DNA of 64,000 nt from an uncultured Desulfobacteraceae bacterium (GTDB taxonomy: Bacteria; Desulfobacterota; DSM-4660; Desulfatiglandales; HGW-15), in the NCBI GenBank assembly GCA_964526655.1, contig CAZGIZ010000002.1, positions 3,291 through 67,290 on the forward strand, given 5' to 3'. The translations under genes were made by a program, and so were the position numbers. Shown here one piece after another: positions 45,567 through 54,773 of the stretch; position 1 is the first letter of the stretch, and every line of letters begins with the position of its first letter. The notes beneath the pieces are model-generated. The model did not search any database. It worked only from the letters and a program-made list of their open reading frames with translations, and had not been told where the DNA came from.

Positions 45567-46319
45567 TCAAATCATCCCATAACCGCCGTCCACGCAAAGG
45601 AGCTGGCCGGTGATGTAGTTGCTTTCGTCGGATGCCATGAATACAAAGGCCGGCGCTATATCTCCCGCTTCGGCAAACCGTTTTAAGAGGACGCGGTTCA
45701 TATAGATCTCTTTGAGTTTTTCATCGCCCCTTATTTTTTCGGTCATGTCCGTGGCCACAATACCCAATGATATCACGTTTGCACAGATATTGTAGCGGGC
45801 GAGCTCACGCGCGATGGACTTGGTCATGCTGAGGATTCCACCCTTTGCCGCGGAATAGTTGATCTGACCAACGGTCCCCACCAGTCCGGCCACGGACATT
45901 ACATTGATGATCTTACCGCTCTTTTGTTCCTTCATATGACGGCCGGCGGCCTGGGAGCATAGGAAAGCGCCCTTCAGATGTATGTCAACCACCTGATCCC
46001 ACTCTTCTTCTTCCATTTTGAGCATCATGGCGGGACGTGTAAACCCTGCATTGTTAACCAGGATATCAATCCTGCCGAATTCGTCCATGGCTGCCTTAAC
46101 AAGCCTTTCCACATCGGCTTTTTGAGCCACATCCGCCTTTACCGCTATGGCCTTGCTCCCCATATTTTGTATGTTCCTTACCACTTCGTCCGCGGCTTTC
46201 TGGTTGGAAGTGTAATTTACTACCACATTGGCCCCGTTTTTCCCATAGGCCTCTGCGATAGCCCTCCCGACTCCACGGCTGCTGCCAGTCACTATTGCTG
46301 TCTTTTCCTTTAATTTCAT
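45567..46319 (-). CDS. short-chain dehydrogenase/reductase (FabG/BadH-like)
   Basis: TGSSRGVGRA, NNAG and YSAAK motifs. The start is placed at the ATG (MKLKEK); the ORF track start at 46331 is a TTG. Confidence 0.85.
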   Translation of the reverse strand: MKLKEKTAIVTGSSRGVGRAIAEAYGKNGANVVVNYTSNQKAADEVVRNIQNMGSKAIAVKADVAQKADVERLVKAAMDEFGRIDILVNNAGFTRPAMMLKMEEEEWDQVVDIHLKGAFLCSQAAGRHMKEQKSGKIINVMSVAGLVGTVGQINYSAAKGGILSMTKSIARELARYNICANVISLGIVATDMTEKIRGDEKLKEIYMNRVLLKRFAEAGDIAPAFVFMASDESNYITGQLLCVDGGYGMI

Positions 46320-46525
46320 AGGCGCTCTCAAGGATTGGATGAAAAATAAACGAAAATATGATTACATTATGATCACAATATAATCACAAAACCCTGATCC
46401 CCTGTCAAGTAAAATTAAGTTTATATCATATTAAAGATGCCATGACAAGAGAGGTCTTAATATATCAGGATATAATATCTTTTTTATGACCTGTCCTGAC
46501 AGTTAGGCATAAGTGTAAAAATTTG

Positions 46526-46553
46526 TTGAACAAACCACCTATTCTGTTAATAT
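46526..46553 (+). promoter_or_regulatory. sigma70-type promoter candidate for the K+ channel operon
   Basis: TTGAAC (46526-46531), 16 nt, TAATAT (46548-46553). Confidence 0.35.
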
Positions 46554-46575
46554 TGAAATACTTAAAAGCAGAAGG

Positions 46576-47829
46576 ATGGCGGCATTGAGATCGGAGAATA
46601 GCTTAAAGGGCCTCTCGGGATTATTCGATCGGGTTAAGGAGTTATATATCCTCCTTAAACATGAAAGGTTCTTCAAGATTCTCGCCGCTACAATGTTTAT
46701 TATCCTTGCCGGGGCCACGGCCATATTCTTTGCCGACCGTTTTTATGTCACAAGGGGGGCTGGAGGCATCTTTGACGCCATATACTGGGCCGTGGTTACT
46801 CTTACCACTGTTGGTTATGGGGACATTGTCCCCACTTCCAAGGCCGGAAAACTATTTGCCCTTTTAATAATATTGAGCGGTCCGGCAGTCTTATCGCTCA
46901 TTACCGCATCCATCGCCTCAATCTTCGTGGAAAAGAGGATAAAGGAGGGAAAGGGTTTGGAAGCCATCAAGGACAAAGGCCATATTATCATCTGCGGGTG
47001 GAACGAGAACGGCGAAAAGGTGATAGATGGGCTCCTGGTACAGGCCGGTGGGGCTTCCCCGAAGATAGCGATCATCAGCGAACTCGACAGGGACGAAGTC
47101 CAATCCCTTCAGTATAAATTCAATGGGCATGATCTTCGATTCGTTAGAGGGAATTTCGTGAAGGAGGACGTGCTCGCTAGGGCCAATTTAAACAGGGCTT
47201 CATCGGTTATCGTACTGGCGGATGTCTCAGGGGGACACGGTATCGAGAAAGCTGATGAAAGGACTATCTTCGGATGCATGGCCATAAAATCCATGGCCCC
47301 CAAGGTCAGGGTCTCTGCAGAACTGGTGAAAGGCGAAAACAGGGAGCATTTGAAAAGGACCAAGGTGGAAGAAATTATTGTCAGGGGAGAAACCGCCGGT
47401 TCTCTGCTGGCAACAGCGGCCCTGTCCCCGGGCCTGGCGGATTCTATCAGATTGCTTGTCAACAATAAGGACGATAACAAACTGTGGCGGATCCCTGTTC
47501 CCTCGAGATATGCTAATGCCACCTTTGGAGAGGCAGCCGCGCATCTTAGAGAAAAATATGGGGCCCTGTTGCTGGCCCTGGTGAAGGAGGAGGAAAAGAT
47601 AAAACTTGACGATATCCTTTCGGATGATTCCACATTTATAGATGCATTCATCAAGCGGAAATTCGAGGAATCAGGGAAGGACTTCTTCGAGGCCAAAGGT
47701 GATATCTCTGTTACAATCAATCCACCGGATGATTACAGATTGTCGAAAAATGACTGGCTGGTTGTCATATCCAAAGAGCGGCCCTTGGACGCCGGTCTTG
47801 TTGAGAGACTGATAGGGGGGACTGGTTAG
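46576..47829 (+). CDS. two-TM potassium channel with cytoplasmic RCK/TrkA-N domain (MthK-like)
   Basis: Selectivity filter TLTTVGYGD between two TM helices. Rossmann-like HIIICGWNENG. Confidence 0.85.
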   Translation: MAALRSENSLKGLSGLFDRVKELYILLKHERFFKILAATMFIILAGATAIFFADRFYVTRGAGGIFDAIYWAVVTLTTVGYGDIVPTSKAGKLFALLIILSGPAVLSLITASIASIFVEKRIKEGKGLEAIKDKGHIIICGWNENGEKVIDGLLVQAGGASPKIAIISELDRDEVQSLQYKFNGHDLRFVRGNFVKEDVLARANLNRASSVIVLADVSGGHGIEKADERTIFGCMAIKSMAPKVRVSAELVKGENREHLKRTKVEEIIVRGETAGSLLATAALSPGLADSIRLLVNNKDDNKLWRIPVPSRYANATFGEAAAHLREKYGALLLALVKEEEKIKLDDILSDDSTFIDAFIKRKFEESGKDFFEAKGDISVTINPPDDYRLSKNDWLVVISKERPLDAGLVERLIGGTG

Positions 47830-47837
47830 AATTCATC

Positions 47838-48341
47838 ATGCAGCTCATCGAGGCCACTAAAAAATCTTTTATTTTCAGCAATCTGGAAGAAAAGGAACTG
47901 GCAGAGGTCCTGAAAATCGCCAGAGAGAAACGGTTCCATAAAGGCGAAATAATCATGCGGGAGGGTGATAAGGGCGATACCATGTATCTGGTTGTTGAGG
48001 GCGAGGTAGGGGTATCAAAGAGCCTTACCATGAAGTTCGGGGATGATGACTACAGAAAGGCGGAAAAGGTCTTGACCCGTTTTAGCCCCGAAGACCACGT
48101 GATATTCGGTGAAATGGCCCTGATCGGTCAGGATAGCCGGTCGGCTTCCGTTTCCGCGAGTTCCGATTGTCTTTTTCTTGAGATAAAACGAGACGATTTT
48201 ATGAGATTGATAGGGGATAATCCGGGGCTCGGTTTAAAAATATTATTAAAACTCTCCGAATTACTGGCAGATAGGCTGAAACAGTCAAGCCAGGATGTTA
48301 TACGGCTGACCACGGCCCTTTCAATTGCGCTCAGCAGATGA
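47838..48341 (+). CDS. stand-alone cyclic nucleotide-binding (CAP_ED) domain protein
   Basis: GD.GD.MYLVVEG...FGEMAL......RSASV pattern. 167 aa. Confidence 0.8.
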   Translation: MQLIEATKKSFIFSNLEEKELAEVLKIAREKRFHKGEIIMREGDKGDTMYLVVEGEVGVSKSLTMKFGDDDYRKAEKVLTRFSPEDHVIFGEMALIGQDSRSASVSASSDCLFLEIKRDDFMRLIGDNPGLGLKILLKLSELLADRLKQSSQDVIRLTTALSIALSR

Positions 48342-49123
48342 AGAGACGATTCTGTATATATCTGATCCTTTTTTTATTACTCACTTCCTGTGCGAGGGAA
48401 AGGTCCTATGTCGAGATCATAAAACCTCCTCCTCCCAAAACCTTCCCCCTGCCGGAAAATAAGACAGGAGAGGTTCCCGATTTTTACGTGGTTAATGGCG
48501 AACGTTATTATCCCTTGCCTGACTCGGTAGGATTTGTTCAGACAGGCAAGGCATCATGGTATGGGGAAAAATTCCATGGCCGTCCAACTTCAAGCGGCGA
48601 AACATTCGATATGAATATTAAGAGTGCCGCGCACAAAATACTTCCATTGGGGACCTATGTCAAAGTGCTGAATCTGTCCAACAACAAACATACAATCGTG
48701 CGCATAAACGACCGGGGGCCCTTTATAAAGGGGAGGATAATAGATCTTTCCTATAAGGCCGCCCAGGAGATATCGCTAATCGGCCCTGGCGTGGCGGAGG
48801 TCAAGATTACCGCCCTTGGAAAAGAGACCGGAGAAATCATGTCAGAAAAGGGACCTCAGCCCCTCCTCGAGATTCAAGACCTGAAAACAGGTGAATTCAC
48901 CGTTCAGATAGGTGCCTTTATGGAGAAAGGAAATGCCGAAAGGCTTGCCAGCCGTCTAAAGGTAATTTTTAATTACGTAAATATCTCAAGATATGTTGAC
49001 GCGAATAATAACACCCTCTTCAGGCTGCAAGTATCAAAATCAAGCACCTTGGCCCAGGCGGGAGAGTTCGAAAAGAAGCTGGAGGATCTGGGTTTTACAG
49101 AGGCCTTCATTGTAAGGATTTAG
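48338..49123 (+). CDS. rlpA: septal ring lytic transglycosylase RlpA (DPBB + SPOR) lipoprotein
   Basis: Lipobox LLTSC. ASWYG..FHGR.T.SGE.FD and VRINDRGPF. C-terminal SPOR-like domain (FTVQIGAF...). Confidence 0.88.
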   Translation: MKRRFCIYLILFLLLTSCARERSYVEIIKPPPPKTFPLPENKTGEVPDFYVVNGERYYPLPDSVGFVQTGKASWYGEKFHGRPTSSGETFDMNIKSAAHKILPLGTYVKVLNLSNNKHTIVRINDRGPFIKGRIIDLSYKAAQEISLIGPGVAEVKITALGKETGEIMSEKGPQPLLEIQDLKTGEFTVQIGAFMEKGNAERLASRLKVIFNYVNISRYVDANNNTLFRLQVSKSSTLAQAGEFEKKLEDLGFTEAFIVRI

Positions 49124-49124
49124 A

Positions 49125-49406
49125 TCAGCCATTTATTTTTTTTCGGAGGACACCCGAGGCCTTAAACACGACAACCTTTCTCGCCCTCAGACGGAGATCC
49201 TCCGTGGTTTGTGGATTTCGCCCCCTTCTTTCTTCCTTTCCTTTGACCACAAATTTACCGAATCCGCTGATGAGGAGGTCTTCGCTTTTTTCAAGTGTCC
49301 CTTTAATGATCTCAAAAAAATTTTCTATGACCGAGCGGGATTTGGTTTTGCTGAGTCCTACATGATTGTAGATATCATTAATAATTTTTTCCTTGGTCAA
49401 AGACAT
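49125..49406 (-). CDS. HU/IHF family DNA-binding protein (IHF alpha-like)
   Basis: MSLTKEKI...GLSK......FFE.I...L.....L.ISGFGKF....K..R.GRNPQT.E. Confidence 0.85.
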   Translation of the reverse strand: MSLTKEKIINDIYNHVGLSKTKSRSVIENFFEIIKGTLEKSEDLLISGFGKFVVKGKEERRGRNPQTTEDLRLRARKVVVFKASGVLRKKING

Positions 49407-49492
49407 CTTTCAACCTCCTCTTGCATCCAGATGGAATTTAGAGACCTATCAAATTTTTCGAGTCTTAATAATGGATTATGGCAATAATCGTG

Positions 49493-49990
49493 TCAAGTTT
49501 TTTTTAAGTAGCCGTATCTTTCTTTCAGTCTTCTGCAGACAAAGGGGGGCGCAAGTCCGGTTATGTCGCCACCCAGGCTTGCGGCTTCTTTTATAATGGT
49601 TGAGCTGATATAAAACCATTTGTAATCAGTCATTAAAAATATGGACTGCACATCCCTGTTCAGCTTCCTATTCATGAGGGCTAACTGAAACTCATATTCA
49701 AAATCGGATAATGCCCTCAGACCCCTCACAATAACGTTTGACCTTTTTTTTACCGCATAATCAACCAGCAGGCCGTCAAATGTGTCGATCTCTATATTCG
49801 GCTTATCTTTTAGGACCTCTTCCATCATTGATTTCCGTTCCTCAAGGGAGAAAAGGGGCGTCTTCTTGGGATTTATCAGAATGGCAACTACAAGTTTGTC
49901 AAATATCTTTAAGGCCCTGTTTAAGATACTCAGGTGACCGTTGGTTAATGGATCAAAGGTCCCGGGATAAATAGCAATTCTTCCATTCAT
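49493..49990 (-). CDS. coaD: pantetheine-phosphate adenylyltransferase
   Basis: IAIYPGTFDPLTNGH and ISS..IKE. Confidence 0.92.
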   Translation of the reverse strand: MNGRIAIYPGTFDPLTNGHLSILNRALKIFDKLVVAILINPKKTPLFSLEERKSMMEEVLKDKPNIEIDTFDGLLVDYAVKKRSNVIVRGLRALSDFEYEFQLALMNRKLNRDVQSIFLMTDYKWFYISSTIIKEAASLGGDITGLAPPFVCRRLKERYGYLKKT

Positions 49991-50551
49991 TCAACTGACC
50001 TCGCTGTTATAAATATCTATCTTCGTTTGGCCGTAGATCCTGGTATCGGACAAAGATATATTGCCCACCCTGGAAGGCAGCCTGTCTCTTCTTGATGATT
50101 CCGCAACCACCAAAGAATTCGATGTCAGGATCTTGCTTTTGCTGAGTTTCATCAGCGTGGGTGAAATTAGATCTTTTCCATAGGGAGGGTCAAGAAATAC
50201 TATATCAACCCCGTCCTTTAACAAATTCTGTTCCATGGGCAACTTCACCCTCAGGTCCCTCTTCATGACAAATCCGACATCTTCAAATCCGCACGATACC
50301 AGGTTCTTCCAAATAAGGTCCGTGGACTTTTTCGAACTGTCAATAAAGAAGGCCCATAAAGCTCCTCTGCTGAGGGCCTCTATGCCCAGGCTTCCCGTTC
50401 CAGCAAACAGATCAAGTACCGTCAGGCCGGTGATATCCTGCCCCAGGAGATTGAATACGGCTTCTCTTACCTTGTCGGAGGTGGGCCTGATGCTCATTCC
50501 TTTTAACGAAGCAAGGAGTCGGCCTTTGGCCTTTCCTCCTGTTATTCTCAT
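49991..50551 (-). CDS. rsmD: 16S rRNA (guanine966-N2)-methyltransferase
   Basis: MRITGGKAKGR, DLFAGTGSLGIEALSRGA and FLDPPY. Confidence 0.88.
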   Translation of the reverse strand: MRITGGKAKGRLLASLKGMSIRPTSDKVREAVFNLLGQDITGLTVLDLFAGTGSLGIEALSRGALWAFFIDSSKKSTDLIWKNLVSCGFEDVGFVMKRDLRVKLPMEQNLLKDGVDIVFLDPPYGKDLISPTLMKLSKSKILTSNSLVVAESSRRDRLPSRVGNISLSDTRIYGQTKIDIYNSEVS

Positions 50552-50557
50552 GGGACA

Positions 50558-51385
50558 TTACCCGGATGTCCCCTGATCGCCATACTCCTCCAGATCTTCC
50601 CTGCCCTCCCCCTTCGAGGGGATAGTGATCGAGGTCTCTTTTGCACCGGAACGGCTTTTAAAATAAAGGTATAAAGTGACCACCGGTCCAGACAGGACGT
50701 ATATCAGCAGGATAAGGAAAAGGAGGACCTTCGGTTTATAGGCAATAACTATAAAAATCAGTATTACCGACACAAGGACATTAAAGGGTTTCTGGTGCCT
50801 TATGTTAAATTCTTTGAAGCTATAGTATTTCATGGAGCTGACCATCAGAAAGGAGAGGACATAGATCATTAAGATAATAATTATGTCCCTCTTTTCCGCA
50901 AATCCCTTCATAGTGCTTGCGAATAGTATTAGAGAGGCGATAAAGCAGGCCGCGGCAGGGATCGGGAGTCCCCTGAAATAGTTATGAGGCAAGGTCCCCT
51001 TTTCCACATTGAACCTGGCCAGTCTCAGGGCCCCGCATATAACAAACATAAATGCCGCCAGCCATCCGAGACGGCCAAATGGTTCCAGGGCCCATAGGAA
51101 TGCCAGAACAGCAGGCGCCACGCCAAAGGAGATAAGGTCCGAAAGGGAATCATACTCTGTGCCGAAATGACTCGTGGTTCGCGTAAAGCGGGCTATTCTT
51201 CCGTCAAGGCCATCGAATACTGCTGAAATGATGATTGCGATGGAAGCCGCCTCAAATCTCCCCTGTATTGCGGCTACAATCGCGTAAAAACCTCCAAAAA
51301 GGCTCGCCGATGTAAAGAGATTAGGCAGTATAAAGATGCCCTTTATGCCCTTTTTTTTTGACCTTTTTCTCTTTTTTGTTTTCAT
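50558..51385 (-). CDS. pssA: CDP-diacylglycerol--serine O-phosphatidyltransferase
   Basis: CDP-alcohol phosphatidyltransferase motif DGLDGRIAR.......G.EYDSLSD. Multi-TM protein. Confidence 0.85.
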   Translation of the reverse strand: MKTKKRKRSKKKGIKGIFILPNLFTSASLFGGFYAIVAAIQGRFEAASIAIIISAVFDGLDGRIARFTRTTSHFGTEYDSLSDLISFGVAPAVLAFLWALEPFGRLGWLAAFMFVICGALRLARFNVEKGTLPHNYFRGLPIPAAACFIASLILFASTMKGFAEKRDIIIILMIYVLSFLMVSSMKYYSFKEFNIRHQKPFNVLVSVILIFIVIAYKPKVLLFLILLIYVLSGPVVTLYLYFKSRSGAKETSITIPSKGEGREDLEEYGDQGTSG

Positions 51386-51561
51386 GGCAGATATCCTCTA
51401 ATGGTTTTGCCTGCCTTTACCCTTTTACCTGGCCGGATAATGACACAGCTGTCAGATGGAATATAGGTATCAGGTCACAAGCCAAACCTGACAAGCCCGA
51501 TTCTCCCCTTTAATGGTCTGAATAAGGATTAATTTTGACAGCAATGATTCTATAACTCAAG

Positions 51562-51590
51562 AATTATATTATTAAAATGTCTTTTGTCAA
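51562..51590 (-). promoter_or_regulatory. sigma70-type promoter candidate facing pssA
   Basis: Minus strand TTGACA (51590-51585), 17 nt, ATAATT (51567-51562). The core TTGACAAAAGACA(A/T)TTT is shared with the tRNA promoter at 38881. Confidence 0.45.
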
Positions 51591-51608
51591 CGCCAATGTC
51601 TCCTTCCT

Positions 51609-51704
51609 CCCGGATAAGGGAGATTAGGACCGTTAACCTTAGACCTTGGACCTTAAACCTCATAATCAGACGGAACCTAATGACTCTGTCTCCCTAAGAC
51701 CGGG
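51609..51704. repeat. imperfect inverted repeat enclosing ACCTT(A/G)-type 7-nt tandem repeats
   Basis: CCCGGATAAGGGAGATTAGG (51609-51628) pairs with CCTAA..TCTCCCTAAGACCGGG (51676-51704). The centre is AACCTTAGACCTTGGACCTTAAACCTC. It lies 18 nt upstream of the -35 at 51590. Confidence 0.65.
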
Positions 51705-51746
51705 ATATCGCCAAATGCAGTTGCCGATGAAATTATTTTAGAGTTA

Positions 51747-52451
51747 CTAATATTTATCGGACTTGACGGGCCCGTAGCCGGGCCTTATGTCAGGAGGCCT
51801 CAAATACACGGGGACAAGATCTCGAATATCATCAAAATCCCCCCTATGAAATCGGTCCAACCCCAGGAATCCGATTGAGGATGCCCTTAGGCCCCAGAGA
51901 TGGGGTGGAGCCAGAAATGCATCTTCTCCAAGCATTTCTTTGATAGGCGCCCGCTGATTAATCAGATCGTTCCCTATAAAAAGTGTCGGGCCGTTAATAA
52001 TGGCGGTGAGATGCGAAAATTTTATGGAGGCGTCCTCTCCCTTCCTTATCATCCCTTCTTTCTTATCCCAATTAAAAAGGGCGATAATAACCTCCCCTTT
52101 TCTCGAAGATATCATGGCGTATACAGGGAGACTGACGTGAGTCAATTGGTTCGCCATGGCTTCAAGATTGGATACCCCGATTACTGGTATCTTAAGGCCT
52201 TGCGCAATACCCTTTGCAGCGGATAGACCCACCCTGAGCCCGGTAAAACTCCCTGGCCCTATTGCGACGATTATCGCCTCTAAATCCTCTTTCAGTGTTC
52301 CGCTTGACGTAAGCAGTGAAGCAAGGGCAGGCATGAAACCGCCAAAATTTTTAGTCCCGGAAGAGATAAGATATTCCGCCATAATAGTGCCCCTTTTTTG
52401 CATGAGGGCGAGGCCGTATTGCAATGTGGAGGTGTTGATGGCTAATATCAT
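51747..52451 (-). CDS. tsaB: tRNA threonylcarbamoyladenosine biosynthesis protein TsaB
   Basis: MILAINTST..., AIIVAIGPGSFTGLRVGL. Confidence 0.85.
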   Translation of the reverse strand: MILAINTSTLQYGLALMQKRGTIMAEYLISSGTKNFGGFMPALASLLTSSGTLKEDLEAIIVAIGPGSFTGLRVGLSAAKGIAQGLKIPVIGVSNLEAMANQLTHVSLPVYAMISSRKGEVIIALFNWDKKEGMIRKGEDASIKFSHLTAIINGPTLFIGNDLINQRAPIKEMLGEDAFLAPPHLWGLRASSIGFLGLDRFHRGDFDDIRDLVPVYLRPPDIRPGYGPVKSDKY

Positions 52452-52456
52452 GGGAC

Positions 52457-53569
52457 CTATTGAAAAAGTCGAAGAATATCATAATAAAAGACCACCGCCA
52501 TCAGGATCACGAGCAGAGAAAGCCCTATTTTTTGTGCAAGTTCCCTCTTTTTGACACTAATGGGTCTGCCCAGAACTAATTCCGCAAATAGGAATAGGAT
52601 AACCCCCCCATCAAGTATGGGGATGGGAAAAAAGTTTAATATCCCCAGGTTGATGCTTATAGCGGCCATGAACGGGATTAGGGATAGGATGCTCACCTGC
52701 GCCATCTGACCGGTCATCTGCCCGATCATTATTGGTCCGCCCACCATCCTTATGGAGGAGGCCCCTGTCAACAGCTTAACAATAAATTTGCATATCCGTA
52801 CAATCCAGTTCCATGTCTCAAGTGCAGCCTCTTTCAGTGAACCTAACAGGCTCAAATCCTTTTTCAGATATTTGCCTGAAGAGACTATTCCTATCAGGGC
52901 GGTCTTGATCTCCTGGCCGAAGACCTTTTCCTTGGACTCTTCCGGTATCACAGTTAGCGTTAGGATCTCATTGCCTCTCTCTATGGTCAATTCAAGAGGT
53001 ATACCCGCCTTGTCATAGACTATCTCCTTTATCTCAAACCAGTCCTTTATGGTCTTTCCGTCAATAGATTTTATGATGTCTCCCTTTTTAAGCCCCGCCC
53101 TGCTGGCCGGGGAATCAGGTGTAACCTGCCCTATCTCAGGGGAGTTGATATAGCTCCCCGTGAAGAAAAAGAGACCCCAGTACAGAAAAAACGCAAGTAT
53201 GAGATTAAAAAAAGGCCCGGCCGCGACAATGGCCATTCTCTTTACGGGATGTTTATTACTGAATGACCTCTCGGCGTTTTCAGGGGAAAGCTCTTGAGAT
53301 TCTTCTTCCTCGTCTTCACCCAGCATCTTGACAAACCCGCCAAGTGGGAAATAGCGTATAGAGTATTCGGTCTCTCCGACCACCTTCCCCGCAATCTTTG
53401 GTCCAAAGCCCAGGGCAAACTTGAGGACCTTGACCCCGAAATACTTGGCTGTGAGGAAATGCCCCAGCTCATGAAAAAAAATCATGATCCCCAGAACGAC
53501 AACAAAGGGCAACAGGTAGTAGAGGAGAATATGACCGGTATGTTGAAAAAAATCCAGGATTACATCCAT
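52457..53569 (-). CDS. rseP: RIP metalloprotease RseP (site-2 protease)
   Basis: HELGHF zinc motif, PDZ region (AGLKKGDIIKSIDG), C-terminal NLLPIP-type motif (NFFPIPILDGG). Confidence 0.92.
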   Translation of the reverse strand: MDVILDFFQHTGHILLYYLLPFVVVLGIMIFFHELGHFLTAKYFGVKVLKFALGFGPKIAGKVVGETEYSIRYFPLGGFVKMLGEDEEEESQELSPENAERSFSNKHPVKRMAIVAAGPFFNLILAFFLYWGLFFFTGSYINSPEIGQVTPDSPASRAGLKKGDIIKSIDGKTIKDWFEIKEIVYDKAGIPLELTIERGNEILTLTVIPEESKEKVFGQEIKTALIGIVSSGKYLKKDLSLLGSLKEAALETWNWIVRICKFIVKLLTGASSIRMVGGPIMIGQMTGQMAQVSILSLIPFMAAISINLGILNFFPIPILDGGVILFLFAELVLGRPISVKKRELAQKIGLSLLVILMAVVFYYDILRLFQ

Positions 53570-53609
53570 TTTTTACCTTTTTATTAAAGTGGGCATTTTG
53601 CCCATAAAA

Positions 53610-54773
53610 TCAAGAATGAAGTTGGAGCAACTCTTCTTCAGCCGCCTTTCGCGCCCACCTGTCCGCCTCAATGATACTTTCTATGCTGTCAGGGGAAAAG
53701 GTCTCGTGTCTCTTCATTACCCTTTCTATCAACAAAGGGATCTGTAAAAACCCGATTCTGCCTCCAAGGAAATATTCAACAGCCATCTCATTGGCCCCAT
53801 TAAGGGCGGCCGGCATGCTCCCCCCTGTATCAGCTGCCTTGAGCGCAAGACCAAGGCATTTAAACCTCTCAACATCTGGTTTCTTAAAGGTCAATGTCCC
53901 TGTCTCCTCGAGCCTTAAAGGAGGAAGATTTGTCGCCCTGTGACGGGGAAATGATAGGGCGTATGAGATGGGAGTTATCATGTCAGGAATGCCTAACTGC
54001 GCGATCACGGAACCGTCTTGGTATTCGACCATGGAGTGGACAATACTCTCGGGATGGATCAGGATATCTATCTGCTCCATCTTCAGATCAAAAAGCCATC
54101 TTGCCTCAATAGCCTCAAGTCCTTTATTCATGAGCGTGGCGGAATCAATGCTTACCTTTTTCCCCATTTTCCAGTTGGGGTGTTTCAGGGCGGAGGAGGG
54201 ATTCAGTTTCTCCATTTTTTCAAGCGGCAGATCCCTGAAGGGACCGCCCGAGGCGGTGAGTATGACTCTCTTAAGATCTTCCCTCCGGTGCCCCTGAAGA
54301 GACTGAAAAATGGCGCTATGTTCACTGTCAATAGGAAATATGGTCACTTTATTTTTTTTTGCAAGTTCCATGACAATGGGTCCCGCCATGACCATGGTCT
54401 CCTTATTGGCCAGGGCTATATCCTTTCCGGCCTTAATGGCCCAATAGGTGGGCATCAGCCCTGAGGCTCCTGTAATCGCTGAGATCACCATATCCACTTC
54501 ATTTAGAGAGACCAGCCTTGAAAATCCTTCCGCCCCTGAAAAGACCTCTATCTCCCCCCTGTTATGGAGCCGCTCTTTTAAAAGGGCCGCGGTCTCTCTT
54601 TCGGCAAGGGCAACAGCCGCCGGATGATACTTTTCTATCTGCCTGATCAGGAGTTCTACATTTCTACCCGCTGCCAGGGCGTGTACTTTATATTCTTCGG
54701 GATTCGACTCGATCACCCTGAGGGCATTCGAGCCGATGGAGCCGGTGGAGCCCAATATCGCAATCCTTTTCAT
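53610..54773 (-). CDS. dxr: 1-deoxy-D-xylulose 5-phosphate reductoisomerase
   Basis: [16 protein letters not shown] and DSEHSA. Confidence 0.95.
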   Translation of the reverse strand: MKRIAILGSTGSIGSNALRVIESNPEEYKVHALAAGRNVELLIRQIEKYHPAAVALAERETAALLKERLHNRGEIEVFSGAEGFSRLVSLNEVDMVISAITGASGLMPTYWAIKAGKDIALANKETMVMAGPIVMELAKKNKVTIFPIDSEHSAIFQSLQGHRREDLKRVILTASGGPFRDLPLEKMEKLNPSSALKHPNWKMGKKVSIDSATLMNKGLEAIEARWLFDLKMEQIDILIHPESIVHSMVEYQDGSVIAQLGIPDMITPISYALSFPRHRATNLPPLRLEETGTLTFKKPDVERFKCLGLALKAADTGGSMPAALNGANEMAVEYFLGGRIGFLQIPLLIERVMKRHETFSPDSIESIIEADRWARKAAEEELLQLHS

